NCBI GenBank assembly: GCA_027365105.1
Contig: DAHXNZ010000002.1
Location: forward strand, 3,672 to 67,671
Origin: Thermoplasmata archaeon
Lineage (GTDB): Archaea > Thermoplasmatota > Thermoplasmata > Lutacidiplasmatales > UBA184
Direction of reading: 5' to 3'
Length of the DNA stretch: 64,000 nt
Below the pieces are notes generated by a model, which saw nothing but the letters and a program-made list of their open reading frames with translations, was not told the origin of the DNA and did not search any database. The position numbers and the translations under genes were made by a program. Each line of letters begins with the position of its first letter. The stretch's first letter is position 1. Below are positions 1-8,793 of this stretch, piece after piece.

Positions 1-256
1 GGATGGCGGTCTCGACCTGGTCGAGGGACGAGGGGATCAGGATCTCTCCTTCGCTCTTGCCCTTGCGGCTGTCGATGTCGACCTCGATGCGGCCGATTCG
101 GCCGGTCTTCTGGAGGTCCCGAAGGTCGAGCTCGTCGCCGAGCAGGCCTTCGGTCTGGCCGAAGACCGCCCCGACGACGTCGGGCTTGTCGATGACGCCT
201 TCGGCGCCGATGCGGGCTCGAATCTGGTATTTGGCGGCACTGGGATCGTTGCTCAT
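1..256 (-). CDS. dnaG: archaeal DnaG-type primase / exosome-associated Toprim protein, N-terminal 85 aa only (gene runs past window start)
   Basis: Reverse complement of 1-256 reads from ATG (254-256): [85 protein letters not shown]. This matches the conserved archaeal DnaG N-terminus (..[18 protein letters not shown]..[26 protein letters not shown]). It is absent from the ORF track because it is truncated. Confidence 0.75.
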   Translation of the reverse strand, partial: MSNDPSAAKYQIRARIGAEGVIDKPDVVGAVFGQTEGLLGDELDLRDLQKTGRIGRIEVDIDSRKGKSEGEILIPSSLDQVETAI

Positions 257-609
257 GGCTTTTCTTTCTCCGGAAAGGCGCGCCTCCGCTAGTTCAGCGG
301 AGCGCCGGTTCGGAGCCGATCAGGCCCGCCCTGGACCGCCGTCGTGCGGGTCGCGGATGCTCTGCGAAAAGTCCGTGAGGATCATAAACCGAGAGTCCGT
401 GAATCGTCGACGGCGGGACAGAGAAGTTCCGTCCGGCCTCCGAGTCCTTTCGGCTTCAGGGAGCGGAGGGGATTATTTAACATGATGGCCTCCCCGGGGG
501 CCGGGTCCGACCGGCCGGAGGCGGTCCGCTCCCGAGGTCCGATCCGGTACGGACGACCGCATCACTCTAAATATCGGACCCCGTTACACCGACCGGAACG
601 GTACCCATC

Positions 610-1281
610 ATGCCCCGCAAGAGAGGACGTCCCCGCAAGATCAGAATCCCGCCGGCCGAGACCACCCCGGACCCCCCGACCGACGACCAGTTCGTCGAGT
701 CGCTCCGGACGGCGCTCGTGAAGGCGCAGGTCGAGGTGAGCAGCAAGGGCGAGGAGGACCTCCACCAGCGGACCCTGCTCAACAAGCGGCTCATCCAGGA
801 CCTCTGGGAGGTCCACGTCCAGTTCGAGGGGATCGGCGTGCACCTCGCGATGGAGCCGGTGCCGACCCTCTTCGCGACGTTTGCCGAGTACCCGTCGGTG
901 TGGACGTTCCGGGAGAGCTTCGACTTCGGCCGGGTCTCGAGCCTCGAGCTCGGCGACCGCGCGCCGGGCTGGCTCGGCTTCACGCTCAAGTTCTGGTACT
1001 ACCGGACCCCGGAAGGCGAGGGCCGGTTCCGCGGTATCTTCGAGTGGTGCGACGGCGAGTCGTACCACCGCTATGCGGGCTGGATGCGGACGATGAGCCA
1101 GGCGATCCTCTACGACGCGCCGGAACAGTCGGCCGATCTGGACGCGATCCACCAGGCGCTGCGCGACGTCGTCGTCCAGTGGTACTCGGCCCATCTCGAG
1201 AAGTCGGCCGATCCGCTGATCGCGCACCTGAAGGCGAAGTACCCCGCCGGCCCGAGCTACTCCAAGGAGTCGTACCGTTAG
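610..1281 (+). CDS. hypothetical protein with AT-hook-like N-terminus (MPRKRGRPRKIRIP)
   Basis: 223-aa ORF with varied protein-like composition (W/Y/F-rich C-terminal half) and a basic RGRPRK motif at the N-terminus. Its TAG stop (1279-1281) lies inside the direct repeat flanking the IS. No family recognised. Confidence 0.5.
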   Translation: MPRKRGRPRKIRIPPAETTPDPPTDDQFVESLRTALVKAQVEVSSKGEEDLHQRTLLNKRLIQDLWEVHVQFEGIGVHLAMEPVPTLFATFAEYPSVWTFRESFDFGRVSSLELGDRAPGWLGFTLKFWYYRTPEGEGRFRGIFEWCDGESYHRYAGWMRTMSQAILYDAPEQSADLDAIHQALRDVVVQWYSAHLEKSADPLIAHLKAKYPAGPSYSKESYR

Positions 1282-2565
1282 GGTTCGTTAGCAAATAATC
1301 GCTTTATCTAGTAGAATGGGCATCCCCCATCGTGGATGTTCGGGCGCTCCGGGAGAAGTTCGCCTCCTTGGAGGGGGCTCTCGACGAACGCCGTCGCCGG
1401 TTGGTCTTCGCCGCCGAGGCCCGGGCCTTGGGCTATGGGGGAATTCAACTTGTCCATGAGGCGACCGGAATGGCCCGAAGCACCCTCGCCCGAGGGATCC
1501 GGGACCTGGCCCACCCCCCTCGGATGCTCACTTCTCGCATCCGTCGGTCGGGTGCCGGACGCAAGTCCCTCGTCGAGAAGGACCCCGACCTACTCCCCGA
1601 TCTGGAGGCCCTTGTCGAGCCGGGAACCCGTGGAGACCCGGAGACCTCCCTCCGCTGGACCCTGAAGAGCGTCCGAGTGCTCTCCCGGGAGCTCCATCGG
1701 AGAGGTCATGAGGTCAGTTATCCGGTGGTGGCCGAACTCTTGTCGAAGAACGGCTACAGCCTTCAGGGGAACCAGAAGACGAAGGAAGGCACCCGCCACC
1801 CGGACCGCAACGCGCAGTTCGAGTACATCAACGCCCAGGCGATGGCGCAGTTGAGGGCCGGAGACCCCGTCATCTCGGTGGACTCGAAGAAGAAGGAGTT
1901 GGTGGGCGAGTTCAAGAACGGGGGGAAGGAGTGGCGACCCGCGGGGATGCCGGAGAAGGTGCGGGTGCACGACTTCCTGATCCCGGAGAACGGGAAGGCC
2001 ATCCCCTACGGGGTGTACGACCTCAAGCGCAACAACGGCTGGGTCAGTGTGGGGATCGACCACGACACGGCGAGCTTCGCCGTCCACACCATCGGGCGAT
2101 GGTGGAGGAACATGGGTCGAGCCGCCTACCCGCGGGCCCGGTCGCTGCTCCTTACGGCGGACGCTGGGGGAAGCAACGGTCCCCGGATCCGTCTCTGGAA
2201 GTGGGAGCTTCAGCGGTTCGCAAACCGGACCGGCCTGACGATCCATGTGCTCCACTTCCCTCCCGGGACGAGCAAATGGAACAAGATCGAACATCGGCTG
2301 TTCTCCTTCATCACGCAGAACTGGCGAGGACGACCCCTGACGAGCTTGGCGGTCATCGTGAATCTCATCGGGTCGACGCGAACCCAGACGGGGTTACGAG
2401 TGCGCGCGGAACTCGACCGAGGGAAGTATCCCGAAGGCCGGGAGATCACGGACGCTCAGATGGCTCGAGTCCACGTGCGTCCGGACGAGTTTCACGGTGA
2501 CTGGAACTACTCCATCCTCCCGAGAAGGACTGTCCGAAGTAGAGCGATTAAAAATTAACGAACCC
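1281..2565 (+). mobile_element. ISAzo13-family insertion sequence (~1.28 kb) with imperfect 22-23 bp terminal inverted repeats and flanking TTA(GGG) direct repeat
   Basis: The left end GGGTTCGTTAGCAAATAATCGC (1281-1302) pairs with the reverse complement of the right end GCGATTAAAAATTAACGAACCC (2544-2565), 17/22 matching and perfect over the outer 10 bp. TTAGGG occurs at 1278-1283 and at 2566-2571, consistent with a short target-site duplication. A single transposase ORF lies inside, and both ends are locally AT-rich. Confidence 0.7.
1332..2558 (+). CDS. DDE transposase, ISAzo13 family (DDE_Tnp_ISAZ013-like)
   Basis: 408 aa with an N-terminal HTH region and a C-terminal block ..HVLHFPPGTSKWNKIEHRLFSFITQNWRGRPL.. 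that I recognise as the ISAzo13-family signature. It is bracketed by the terminal inverted repeats. Confidence 0.75.
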   Translation: MDVRALREKFASLEGALDERRRRLVFAAEARALGYGGIQLVHEATGMARSTLARGIRDLAHPPRMLTSRIRRSGAGRKSLVEKDPDLLPDLEALVEPGTRGDPETSLRWTLKSVRVLSRELHRRGHEVSYPVVAELLSKNGYSLQGNQKTKEGTRHPDRNAQFEYINAQAMAQLRAGDPVISVDSKKKELVGEFKNGGKEWRPAGMPEKVRVHDFLIPENGKAIPYGVYDLKRNNGWVSVGIDHDTASFAVHTIGRWWRNMGRAAYPRARSLLLTADAGGSNGPRIRLWKWELQRFANRTGLTIHVLHFPPGTSKWNKIEHRLFSFITQNWRGRPLTSLAVIVNLIGSTRTQTGLRVRAELDRGKYPEGREITDAQMARVHVRPDEFHGDWNYSILPRRTVRSRAIKN

Positions 2566-2593
2566 TTAGGGCGGGGTCCGGGCGGCCGCGCCC

Positions 2594-3238
2594 TCACGCC
2601 TTCTGCGCCGTCGGATCCAGGGTCTGGAGCCAGAGCCGGCCCGGGCCGGTGACTTCGAGCGCCTCGAAGCTCATCGCGTGGCCGAGGAGTCCGCCTCCGA
2701 CCGGCTGGTTGACCGACTTGGCCTGGACGCTCGCGTCCTTGAGGAGGAGCGCCCCGTGGTCGATCTGGATCGTCTCCTGGGCGGCCAGCGTGAAGGAGAG
2801 GACATTGCCGTGCCCGTGGAGTGCGACCGTCCCGGGCCCCGAGAGCCGGTCCAGGAAGAAGCCGACCATCCGCCCGATCCGCCCCGTGCCCTTGACGTAT
2901 TCGATGTCGTAGCGGACCGATTCGGTCGCGCAGAGGAGCGAACCCTCGGCGACGTCGACGGTCTCGTTCGGGGCGAGCACGAGCGTGCGGACCTCCCCCG
3001 GGCCGGCGCGGCTCAGCGCGACGTACCCCGGGCCGGTGAAGGTCACCTGGTGGTAGGGGATCCCGCCGATCATCCGGCGGACCGCCCCGCTGAATCCGCC
3101 CTGCTGGATCGCCCGGAGCTGCGGCTGGATCGTCGGGTCCATGTAGACGTCGAGTCCGCTCTCGCAGAAGATCTCCTCGCCGGCGCCGAGCTTCACCAGG
3201 GCCACCGGGATGAACGCCCCCCGAACGTCGATCTCCAT
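2594..3238 (-). CDS. AIM24/DUF124 family protein (TIGR00266), paralogue 1
   Basis: MEIDVRGAFIPVALVKLGAGEEIFCESGLDVYMDPTIQ...TFTGPG...LSGPGTVALHGHGNV. Typical AIM24-type beta-rich protein with GPG motifs. Start ATG at 3236-3238; the R-rich N-terminal extension of the track ORF was discarded. Confidence 0.7.
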   Translation of the reverse strand: MEIDVRGAFIPVALVKLGAGEEIFCESGLDVYMDPTIQPQLRAIQQGGFSGAVRRMIGGIPYHQVTFTGPGYVALSRAGPGEVRTLVLAPNETVDVAEGSLLCATESVRYDIEYVKGTGRIGRMVGFFLDRLSGPGTVALHGHGNVLSFTLAAQETIQIDHGALLLKDASVQAKSVNQPVGGGLLGHAMSFEALEVTGPGRLWLQTLDPTAQKA

Positions 3239-3240
3239 TG

Positions 3241-3897
3241 TCACACCCCGCTCTGCAGAAGGACCTGGCCCGGACCGGTGTAGTGGACCTGGATCATCGG
3301 CCGCGTCACAAAGCCGGTCGGGTTGGGCAGCCAGTAGGAACGGACTTCGAGTCCGACCGTGTCGGCGCATCCCAGGAAGGAGGGGATCGAGCTGCGCATC
3401 TCCTCGCCGGGACCGAGGGTGAACTGGAGGAGGTTCCCGTGCCCCTGGACGACCGCCTGGCCCGGACCGGTCAGCTGATCGCCGACGATCGTCCCGTACT
3501 GGCCCTGGCCCCCCGGGGTCGGGATCATGTACCGGGCGAGGAGCATCGGCCGGTACCGGACCGTCGAGTCGAAGGCGATGAGATGACCCTGGCTGAACTG
3601 GAGCGACTGGCCGGCCGGGATCGTGATCACCCGCGCCTCGCCGCCCTTGTCCCGGGAGAGGGTGAGGCTCCCGGGGCCCTCGAACTCGGCGAGGAAGTAC
3701 TCCTCCTCGGTCCCGCCCTGGCTCTGGAGCATCATCAGTTCCCCGAGGCCCACCCCGAGCGATCTCAGCGTCTGACGGTGGAGCTGGATCGACGGCTCCT
3801 TGTAGAGCATGAGCCCGTGCGGGGCGAGCGCCTTTTCGCCCGGGGCGAGCCGGACCAGGACCGCGGGCGTGATGCTACCGACGGTGTCGGCCTTCAC
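3241..3897 (-). CDS. AIM24/DUF124 family protein (TIGR00266), paralogue 2
   Basis: VKADTVGSITPAVLVRLAPGEKALAPHGLMLYKEPSIQ...EFEGPG...LTGPGQAVVQGHGNL; clear paralogue of the neighbouring genes. Proposed GTG start at 3895-3897 overlaps the TGA stop of the upstream zinc-ribbon gene (GTGA). Confidence 0.65.
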   Translation of the reverse strand: MKADTVGSITPAVLVRLAPGEKALAPHGLMLYKEPSIQLHRQTLRSLGVGLGELMMLQSQGGTEEEYFLAEFEGPGSLTLSRDKGGEARVITIPAGQSLQFSQGHLIAFDSTVRYRPMLLARYMIPTPGGQGQYGTIVGDQLTGPGQAVVQGHGNLLQFTLGPGEEMRSSIPSFLGCADTVGLEVRSYWLPNPTGFVTRPMIQVHYTGPGQVLLQSGV

Positions 3898-4091
3898 GAG
3901 GAGTTCTCCGGGGTCGAGTCGAGGACGTCCAGCGTGAACCCGGTGCCGCAGTACGAGCACTTCGCGATGCCGTTGTGGATGTCCTCGGGGCCGAGCTTCG
4001 CGCCGCAGCTCCGGCAACTGAGGGCCTGCAGGGACGCGCGGCTGATCGTCACTTCGGTCCGCTTCTTCACAAATTCGTCCGGAATCGGCAT
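3894..4091 (-). CDS. small zinc-ribbon protein (2x CxxC), translationally coupled to AIM24 paralogue 2
   Basis: 65 aa: MPIPDEFVKKRTEVTISRASLQALSCRSCGAKLGPEDIHNGIAKCSYCGTGF..; CxxC...CxxC spacing typical of a zinc ribbon. Its stop overlaps the downstream GTG. Confidence 0.5.
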   Translation of the reverse strand: MPIPDEFVKKRTEVTISRASLQALSCRSCGAKLGPEDIHNGIAKCSYCGTGFTLDVLDSTPENSS

Positions 4092-4117
4092 TGCCCTTCC
4101 TCGTCAGATTCCCCGGT

Positions 4118-4765
4118 TCAATAATGCGGTTGCTTGGGATCGATGCTCTGCAGGGCCACCGCCCCCGGGCCCGTGAGCTCGAGCACCTCGAACGACTCGA
4201 ACTTTCCCAAGAGCCCGCTTCCGAACGGCAGGTTGGCCGTCTTGGCCTGGACGCCCGCGGCCTTGTAGAGGAGCGCGCCCAGGTCGGTCGTGATCGTCTC
4301 CTTCGGCGCGAGGGTCATCGAGATGATGTTGCCGTAGCCGTGGATCGCCACCTTGCCGGGGCCGCTCAGCCGGTCGAGCCAGAAACCGACGATCCGACCG
4401 GGCCGGTGCGTGCCCTTGACGTACTCCATCGAGTAGCCGATCGAGTTGGAGGCGCAGAGCAGCGAGCCCTCCATGATGTCCATCTCCTGGCCGGCGGCAA
4501 TCTCGAGGACCCGGATCTCACCGACCCCGTCCCGGGAGAAGGCGACATGGCCCGGGCCGGTGAACTCGGTCAGGAAGAACGGCATGCCGCCGACCGAGAC
4601 CCGCTCGGCCCCGGCGAGAAGGCCGCCGGATTTCACGGTCTTCCGGCCGACCGTGACCGGCGGCTCCTTGTAGAGCATGATGCCGGCCTCGCCGTAGATC
4701 GACTCTGAGGGGCCCAGGGTCGCCAAGACCGAGGGGACGAGGCCGTCCACGATTTCGAGGTCCAT
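4118..4765 (-). CDS. AIM24/DUF124 family protein (TIGR00266), paralogue 3
   Basis: MDLEIVDGLVPSVLATLGPSESIYGEAGIMLYKEPPVTV...EFTGPGHVAF...LSGPGKVAIHGYGNI; same family as the two genes above. Confidence 0.7.
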   Translation of the reverse strand: MDLEIVDGLVPSVLATLGPSESIYGEAGIMLYKEPPVTVGRKTVKSGGLLAGAERVSVGGMPFFLTEFTGPGHVAFSRDGVGEIRVLEIAAGQEMDIMEGSLLCASNSIGYSMEYVKGTHRPGRIVGFWLDRLSGPGKVAIHGYGNIISMTLAPKETITTDLGALLYKAAGVQAKTANLPFGSGLLGKFESFEVLELTGPGAVALQSIDPKQPHY

Positions 4766-5681
4766 CGCGTTCCTCGAATGTCAGCGGGGCATAAAACGTG
4801 CCGGCGAGAACGCCGGTCCGCCACCCCCCGGCGGGCCGGCTGGACCTCGGAAGTCTCCCCGCGGGCCCCCGTCATCCACCGCCGCGGCGGCCGCTCGACC
4901 TCCTTCCGACCCTTCCGGCGGCCTTCGCACGCCGCGCCCGCTTGCGATCCAGACCCGGCGGCACCCTGCCCGAACCGAAGCGATGGTGATCCTTGGGGGT
5001 GGGCCCCGACAGGTCCCGCGTTCTCCGCCTCGGCGGGTAGACTGGGGGGTGCTCGTGGACGGCCGGCTGGACTCCTCAAGGGGGGTTTCTGAAGGGTCCG
5101 GGAACCCGTACGAGCGGGGGGCCGTCGTTCCAGCGAGGGTCCCCGCCGCCCGATGCCGCATCGTGGGCCGGTTCTCCTTCGCACTCCCAAGGAACCGCTC
5201 GGGATCCTCCTGGACCGGGCTCGAAAGGCCACCCCCTCCCGCCGGGTCGTCCCGCGCGCTCGGATCGTCCTCTCGGCTCACCCGCACTCCGCCCTCGCCG
5301 CTACCCCCCGCAGGCGGGCAGGCCCGGAGAACCCCGGCCGCACATGGCCCGGATTTTTCGGGGAACACGGACGGTGAGGATCCAGCGGCGGTGCATCCAG
5401 AGCTCGGAATCGGCGCCGCGCCCTCGGCGCCGGCGGGACCGACCCGGTGGCGAGCCATTCACCGCCCTCGCCGCAGGGAGCCCTCGTCGCAGCATCGGCG
5501 AGCGGTTCTGCTCGAATCGGCCGATCAGGGCACACGCCCGGGGAACCGGGCGACCGGCCCGGCGCGGTCGCGACGCGGGGGCGAGCCGGCCAAGCGTTGA
5601 AATAGGCTCGGCTCCCTTGGACGGCTCCGGAACCTCGTCGGGGCCCTCGGGCCTCCCCAGTCCCGGGGCGGTGGGAGGATC

Positions 5682-7214
5682 GTGCAGAGCGGCTTGCGGG
5701 ACCATCTGGTCGCGTACTTCGAGGAGCACCGGACGCTCGTCGAAGCCGGGGCGCTCCAGCTCCTCCTCTCGGAGCGGCAGCCGCTCGTCCTCTCCCAGGA
5801 GATCCTCGAACGGCTCGATCCCGGTTCACCCTTCGTGACCCGGGAGCTGGTCGAGTCGGTCCTGGCAGGGCACCGGACGGCCCTCGGGGCGGCCGTCCAG
5901 AGCCCGCCCCAGCGGTCCGACCTGCCCTCCGGTCGGCCGTCCCCGGAGGCCGAGGGGACCGACCTCCCGATCTTCCGTCTGATCCAGGAGGGGTTCTCCG
6001 AGCCGCCGAAGCAGCATGTCCCGCTCCAGGCGTACGGCAACCTCTTCCGCCACCGATTCGCCGCGCTGTCGAGGCTCCTCAAGGGCCGACCCGACCTCCC
6101 GAACCAGCGACCGATCGCCGGACTCCGGTCCTCCCCGGAGGCGACGTCGATCGTCGGGATGGTCCGTACGATCCGGGAGACCCCCCAGAAGCACCACCTC
6201 ATCCTGACCGTCGAGGACGATACCGGGGTGATCGAGCTGTTCGTCCCCAAGGACTCCCCCGGGGCGCTGCTCCCGTTCCTCCCCGACGAGGTCGTCGGGT
6301 TCAAGCTCAAGTTCTCGTCGGACCCGGAACGGATCCCCCGGGTCGAGTCGGTCGAGCGGCCCGACGTGCCGGCCCGACGCGCCGCGCGCCGGTCGCCGAC
6401 CGCGCGGCGGACCCTCTTTCTCTCGGACCTCCACATCGGCTCGAAGACCTTCCTCCGGGACGAGTGGGGACGGCTCGCCGACTTCCTGCGCGGTCAGGGC
6501 CCGGGCGGGGAGCTCGCCGGGACGATCGACCAGGTCGTCGTCGCGGGCGACCTCGTCGACGGGATCGGGATCTACCCCCGCCAGGAGCGGGACCTTGCGA
6601 TCGCCGATGTGGCCGAGCAGTACGAGGAGCTCGGCCGCCGGCTCCGCGAGCTGCCCGAACGGCTGACGATCATCGTCGTGCCGGGCAACCACGACGCGGT
6701 CGGCCCGGCCGAGCCGCAGCCGGCGCTCTCCCCGGCGCTCCAACGCGGGCTTCCGCCCAACGTCCGGGCGCTCGCCAACCCGTCGACCTTCAGCCTCTCG
6801 GGCGTCGTGGTGGAGGCGTACCACGGTCGGAGCCTTGACGACCTGATCCCGGCGATCCCGGGCGCCTCGTACGCCCGGCCGACGGCGGTGATGAAGCGGA
6901 TGCTCCAGATGCGCCATCTCGCGCCGATCTACGGCGGCCGCACCCCGCTTCTCCCGTCGGCCCGGGACGGCCTCGTCGTCGATCCGCTGCCGGATCTGCT
7001 CGTGACCGGCCACGCCCATACCTACGGCGTCGACCAGTACCGGGGCGTGCTGCTCCTGAGCGCCTCGACCTGGCAGGCGGAGACCGAGTACCAGCGGATG
7101 CGCAACATCACCCCCGTCCCGGCCCGCGGAGCGCTGGTCGACCTCTCGACGATGGAGCTCCACACCCTCGACTTCTCGCGGCCGACGACGACCGTCGTCC
7201 GGGGGGCCGGGTGA
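5682..7214 (+). CDS. polB1/dp1: DNA polymerase II (PolD) small subunit DP1, calcineurin-like phosphoesterase
   Basis: 510 aa. OB-fold region (IVGMVRTIRETPQKHHLILTVEDDTGVIELFVPKD) followed by metallophosphoesterase motifs DLHIG, GDLVDG, GNHD, GHAH. Archaea-specific replicative polymerase subunit. Confidence 0.85.
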   Translation: MQSGLRDHLVAYFEEHRTLVEAGALQLLLSERQPLVLSQEILERLDPGSPFVTRELVESVLAGHRTALGAAVQSPPQRSDLPSGRPSPEAEGTDLPIFRLIQEGFSEPPKQHVPLQAYGNLFRHRFAALSRLLKGRPDLPNQRPIAGLRSSPEATSIVGMVRTIRETPQKHHLILTVEDDTGVIELFVPKDSPGALLPFLPDEVVGFKLKFSSDPERIPRVESVERPDVPARRAARRSPTARRTLFLSDLHIGSKTFLRDEWGRLADFLRGQGPGGELAGTIDQVVVAGDLVDGIGIYPRQERDLAIADVAEQYEELGRRLRELPERLTIIVVPGNHDAVGPAEPQPALSPALQRGLPPNVRALANPSTFSLSGVVVEAYHGRSLDDLIPAIPGASYARPTAVMKRMLQMRHLAPIYGGRTPLLPSARDGLVVDPLPDLLVTGHAHTYGVDQYRGVLLLSASTWQAETEYQRMRNITPVPARGALVDLSTMELHTLDFSRPTTTVVRGAG

Positions 7215-7672
7215 GCCCGTACCCGGTCGAGCCGGTCCGGGCGACCGGCCCGGTACGGCTGGTCCTGTCGACCTTTCCGGACCCCGCGTCGGCCCGACGG
7301 GTCGGCGCGGCCGCAGTCGAGAGCCACCGGGCCGCCTGCGTGAGCTACCTGGCCACCGACTCGACCTACTGGTGGCAGGGCCGGCGGGTCGACGCGCGGG
7401 AGGTCCTCGCGCTGTTCAAGACCGCCCCCAAGCGGGTCGGCTCCCTCGTCGAGTTCCTGCGCCGACACCACCCGAACGAGGTGCCCGAGATCCTCGAGGT
7501 CGACGTGACCCGGGCCCACCCGCCCTACGTCGCCTGGGTCGACCGGGTCACCGGCGCCGCCGCCGAGGAAGGCCGGATCGCCCGGCTCAGTTCGCGTCCG
7601 GCAGCACCGCGAGGCCGGGGAGGCTCTCCCCCTCGACGAACTCCAGCGCAGCGCCGCCCCCGGTCGAAATGA
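7211..7672 (+). CDS. cutA: divalent-cation tolerance protein CutA family (with C-terminal low-complexity tail)
   Basis: VLSTFPDPASARRVGAAAVESHRAACVSYLATDSTYWWQGRRVDAREVLALFKTAPKRVGSLVEFLRRHHPNEVPEILEVDV matches the CutA1 fold signature (..RLAAC.N..P..S.Y.W.G.I..E.E..L..KT...HPYEVPEI). GTG start overlaps the DP1 stop (GTGA). The last ~35 aa are R/P-rich and overlap the pgk 3' end on the opposite strand. Confidence 0.65.
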   Translation: MSPYPVEPVRATGPVRLVLSTFPDPASARRVGAAAVESHRAACVSYLATDSTYWWQGRRVDAREVLALFKTAPKRVGSLVEFLRRHHPNEVPEILEVDVTRAHPPYVAWVDRVTGAAAEEGRIARLSSRPAAPRGRGGSPPRRTPAQRRPRSK

Positions 7673-8771
7673 AGCTGAACTGGCCGTAGACGCCGAGATC
7701 CCGGGCGATGCGGGCCGAGTCGCCCCCGGCCGCCACATGGACTCCGGGAGCCCCGGCGAGCGAGGCGAGGACGCTCCGGGTCCCCTCGGCAAACCGGGGA
7801 TCCTCGGCGAGGCCCAACGGACCGTTCCAGAAGACGGTCTTCGATCCGGCGATCGCCTCGGCGAACCGCCGGGCCGTCGCCGGCCCCACGTCGCGGGCCA
7901 GGACCCCCTCGGGCACCGCCTCGACCGGCACGGTTGAGACGCCCGGGCGGGCCGGATCCTCGACGACGAGATCGACCGGCAGGAGGACCCGGGTGCCGAG
8001 CCGGTCCGCCTCGGCCAGGAACTCGGCGACCGCCGCATCGAGCCCCGCCTCGACGGGTGTGGCGCCGAGCCGCGCGCCCCGGGCCGCGAGGAACGGGAAG
8101 GCGAGTGCCCCCCCGATCAGGAGCACCTGGGCCCGGCCGAGGAAGCTCGCGAGCAGTGGAAGCTTGTCCCGCACCTTCGCGCCGCCGACGATCGCCACGT
8201 AGGGGGGGGTCGGCCGATCCCGGAGCCGGGAGAGCTCGCGGACCTCACGGTCCAGCAGGAAACCGGCGAACGACGGCAGGTGCTTCGGCACCCCGACCGT
8301 CGAGGCGTGGGCCCGGTGGACGCTCCCGAACGCCTCCTCGACGAACAGGTCGCCCAGGCGGGCCAGCTGGCCCGCGAACGTCGGGTCGTTCGCCTCCTCG
8401 CCGGGGTGGAAGCGGAGGTTCTCGAGCATGAGGACGTCCGAGGGTTTCATCCGGGCCACCGCCTCGATCGCCTGGTAGCCGACGATGTCCTCGGCGAGCC
8501 CGACCGGCTGGCCGAGCAGGGCGCTCACCCGGTGGACGACCGGGCGCAACGAGAACCGGGGGTCCCGATGGCCGTTCGGCCGGCCGAGGTGGGTCATGAG
8601 GACCGTCTTGGCGCCGTGGGCCCGCAGGTGCTCGATCGTCGGCATGGCCTCGGCGATCCGGCGGTCGTCGGCGATCTGGCCGTTCGCGAGCTGCGGGACG
8701 TTGAAGTCGACCCGGACGAGGACCCGCCGGCCCCGGACCGGAGCATCGGCGACGGTGCGCTTCCCGGACAC
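7587..8771 (-). CDS. pgk: phosphoglycerate kinase
   Basis: VLVRVDFNVP...LENLRFHPGEEANDPTFA...FGSVHRAHAS...GGGA; canonical PGK motifs. The track ORF extends to 9164 through an R/S-rich junk N-terminus. Proposed GTG start at 8769-8771 (VSGKRTVADAPVRGRRVLVRVDFNVP) gives ~395 aa; exact start uncertain. Confidence 0.8.
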   Translation of the reverse strand: MSGKRTVADAPVRGRRVLVRVDFNVPQLANGQIADDRRIAEAMPTIEHLRAHGAKTVLMTHLGRPNGHRDPRFSLRPVVHRVSALLGQPVGLAEDIVGYQAIEAVARMKPSDVLMLENLRFHPGEEANDPTFAGQLARLGDLFVEEAFGSVHRAHASTVGVPKHLPSFAGFLLDREVRELSRLRDRPTPPYVAIVGGAKVRDKLPLLASFLGRAQVLLIGGALAFPFLAARGARLGATPVEAGLDAAVAEFLAEADRLGTRVLLPVDLVVEDPARPGVSTVPVEAVPEGVLARDVGPATARRFAEAIAGSKTVFWNGPLGLAEDPRFAEGTRSVLASLAGAPGVHVAAGGDSARIARDLGVYGQFSFISTGGGAALEFVEGESLPGLAVLPDAN

Positions 8772-8793
8772 GCCGGGCCGGAGGAGGGCCGCC

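Noticed and set aside
3-485. 160-aa plus-strand ORF at window start
   Set aside because: Antisense to the dnaG N-terminus, which matches a highly conserved archaeal motif; S/R/P-rich.
4766-5681. RNase P RNA or SRP RNA in the long non-coding stretches (also 52417-52998)
   Set aside because: Partial resemblance to P4 (..GAAGTCCGCGG..) and helix-8 (..GACGGAAGCAC..) motifs is too weak to call without covariance-model scoring.
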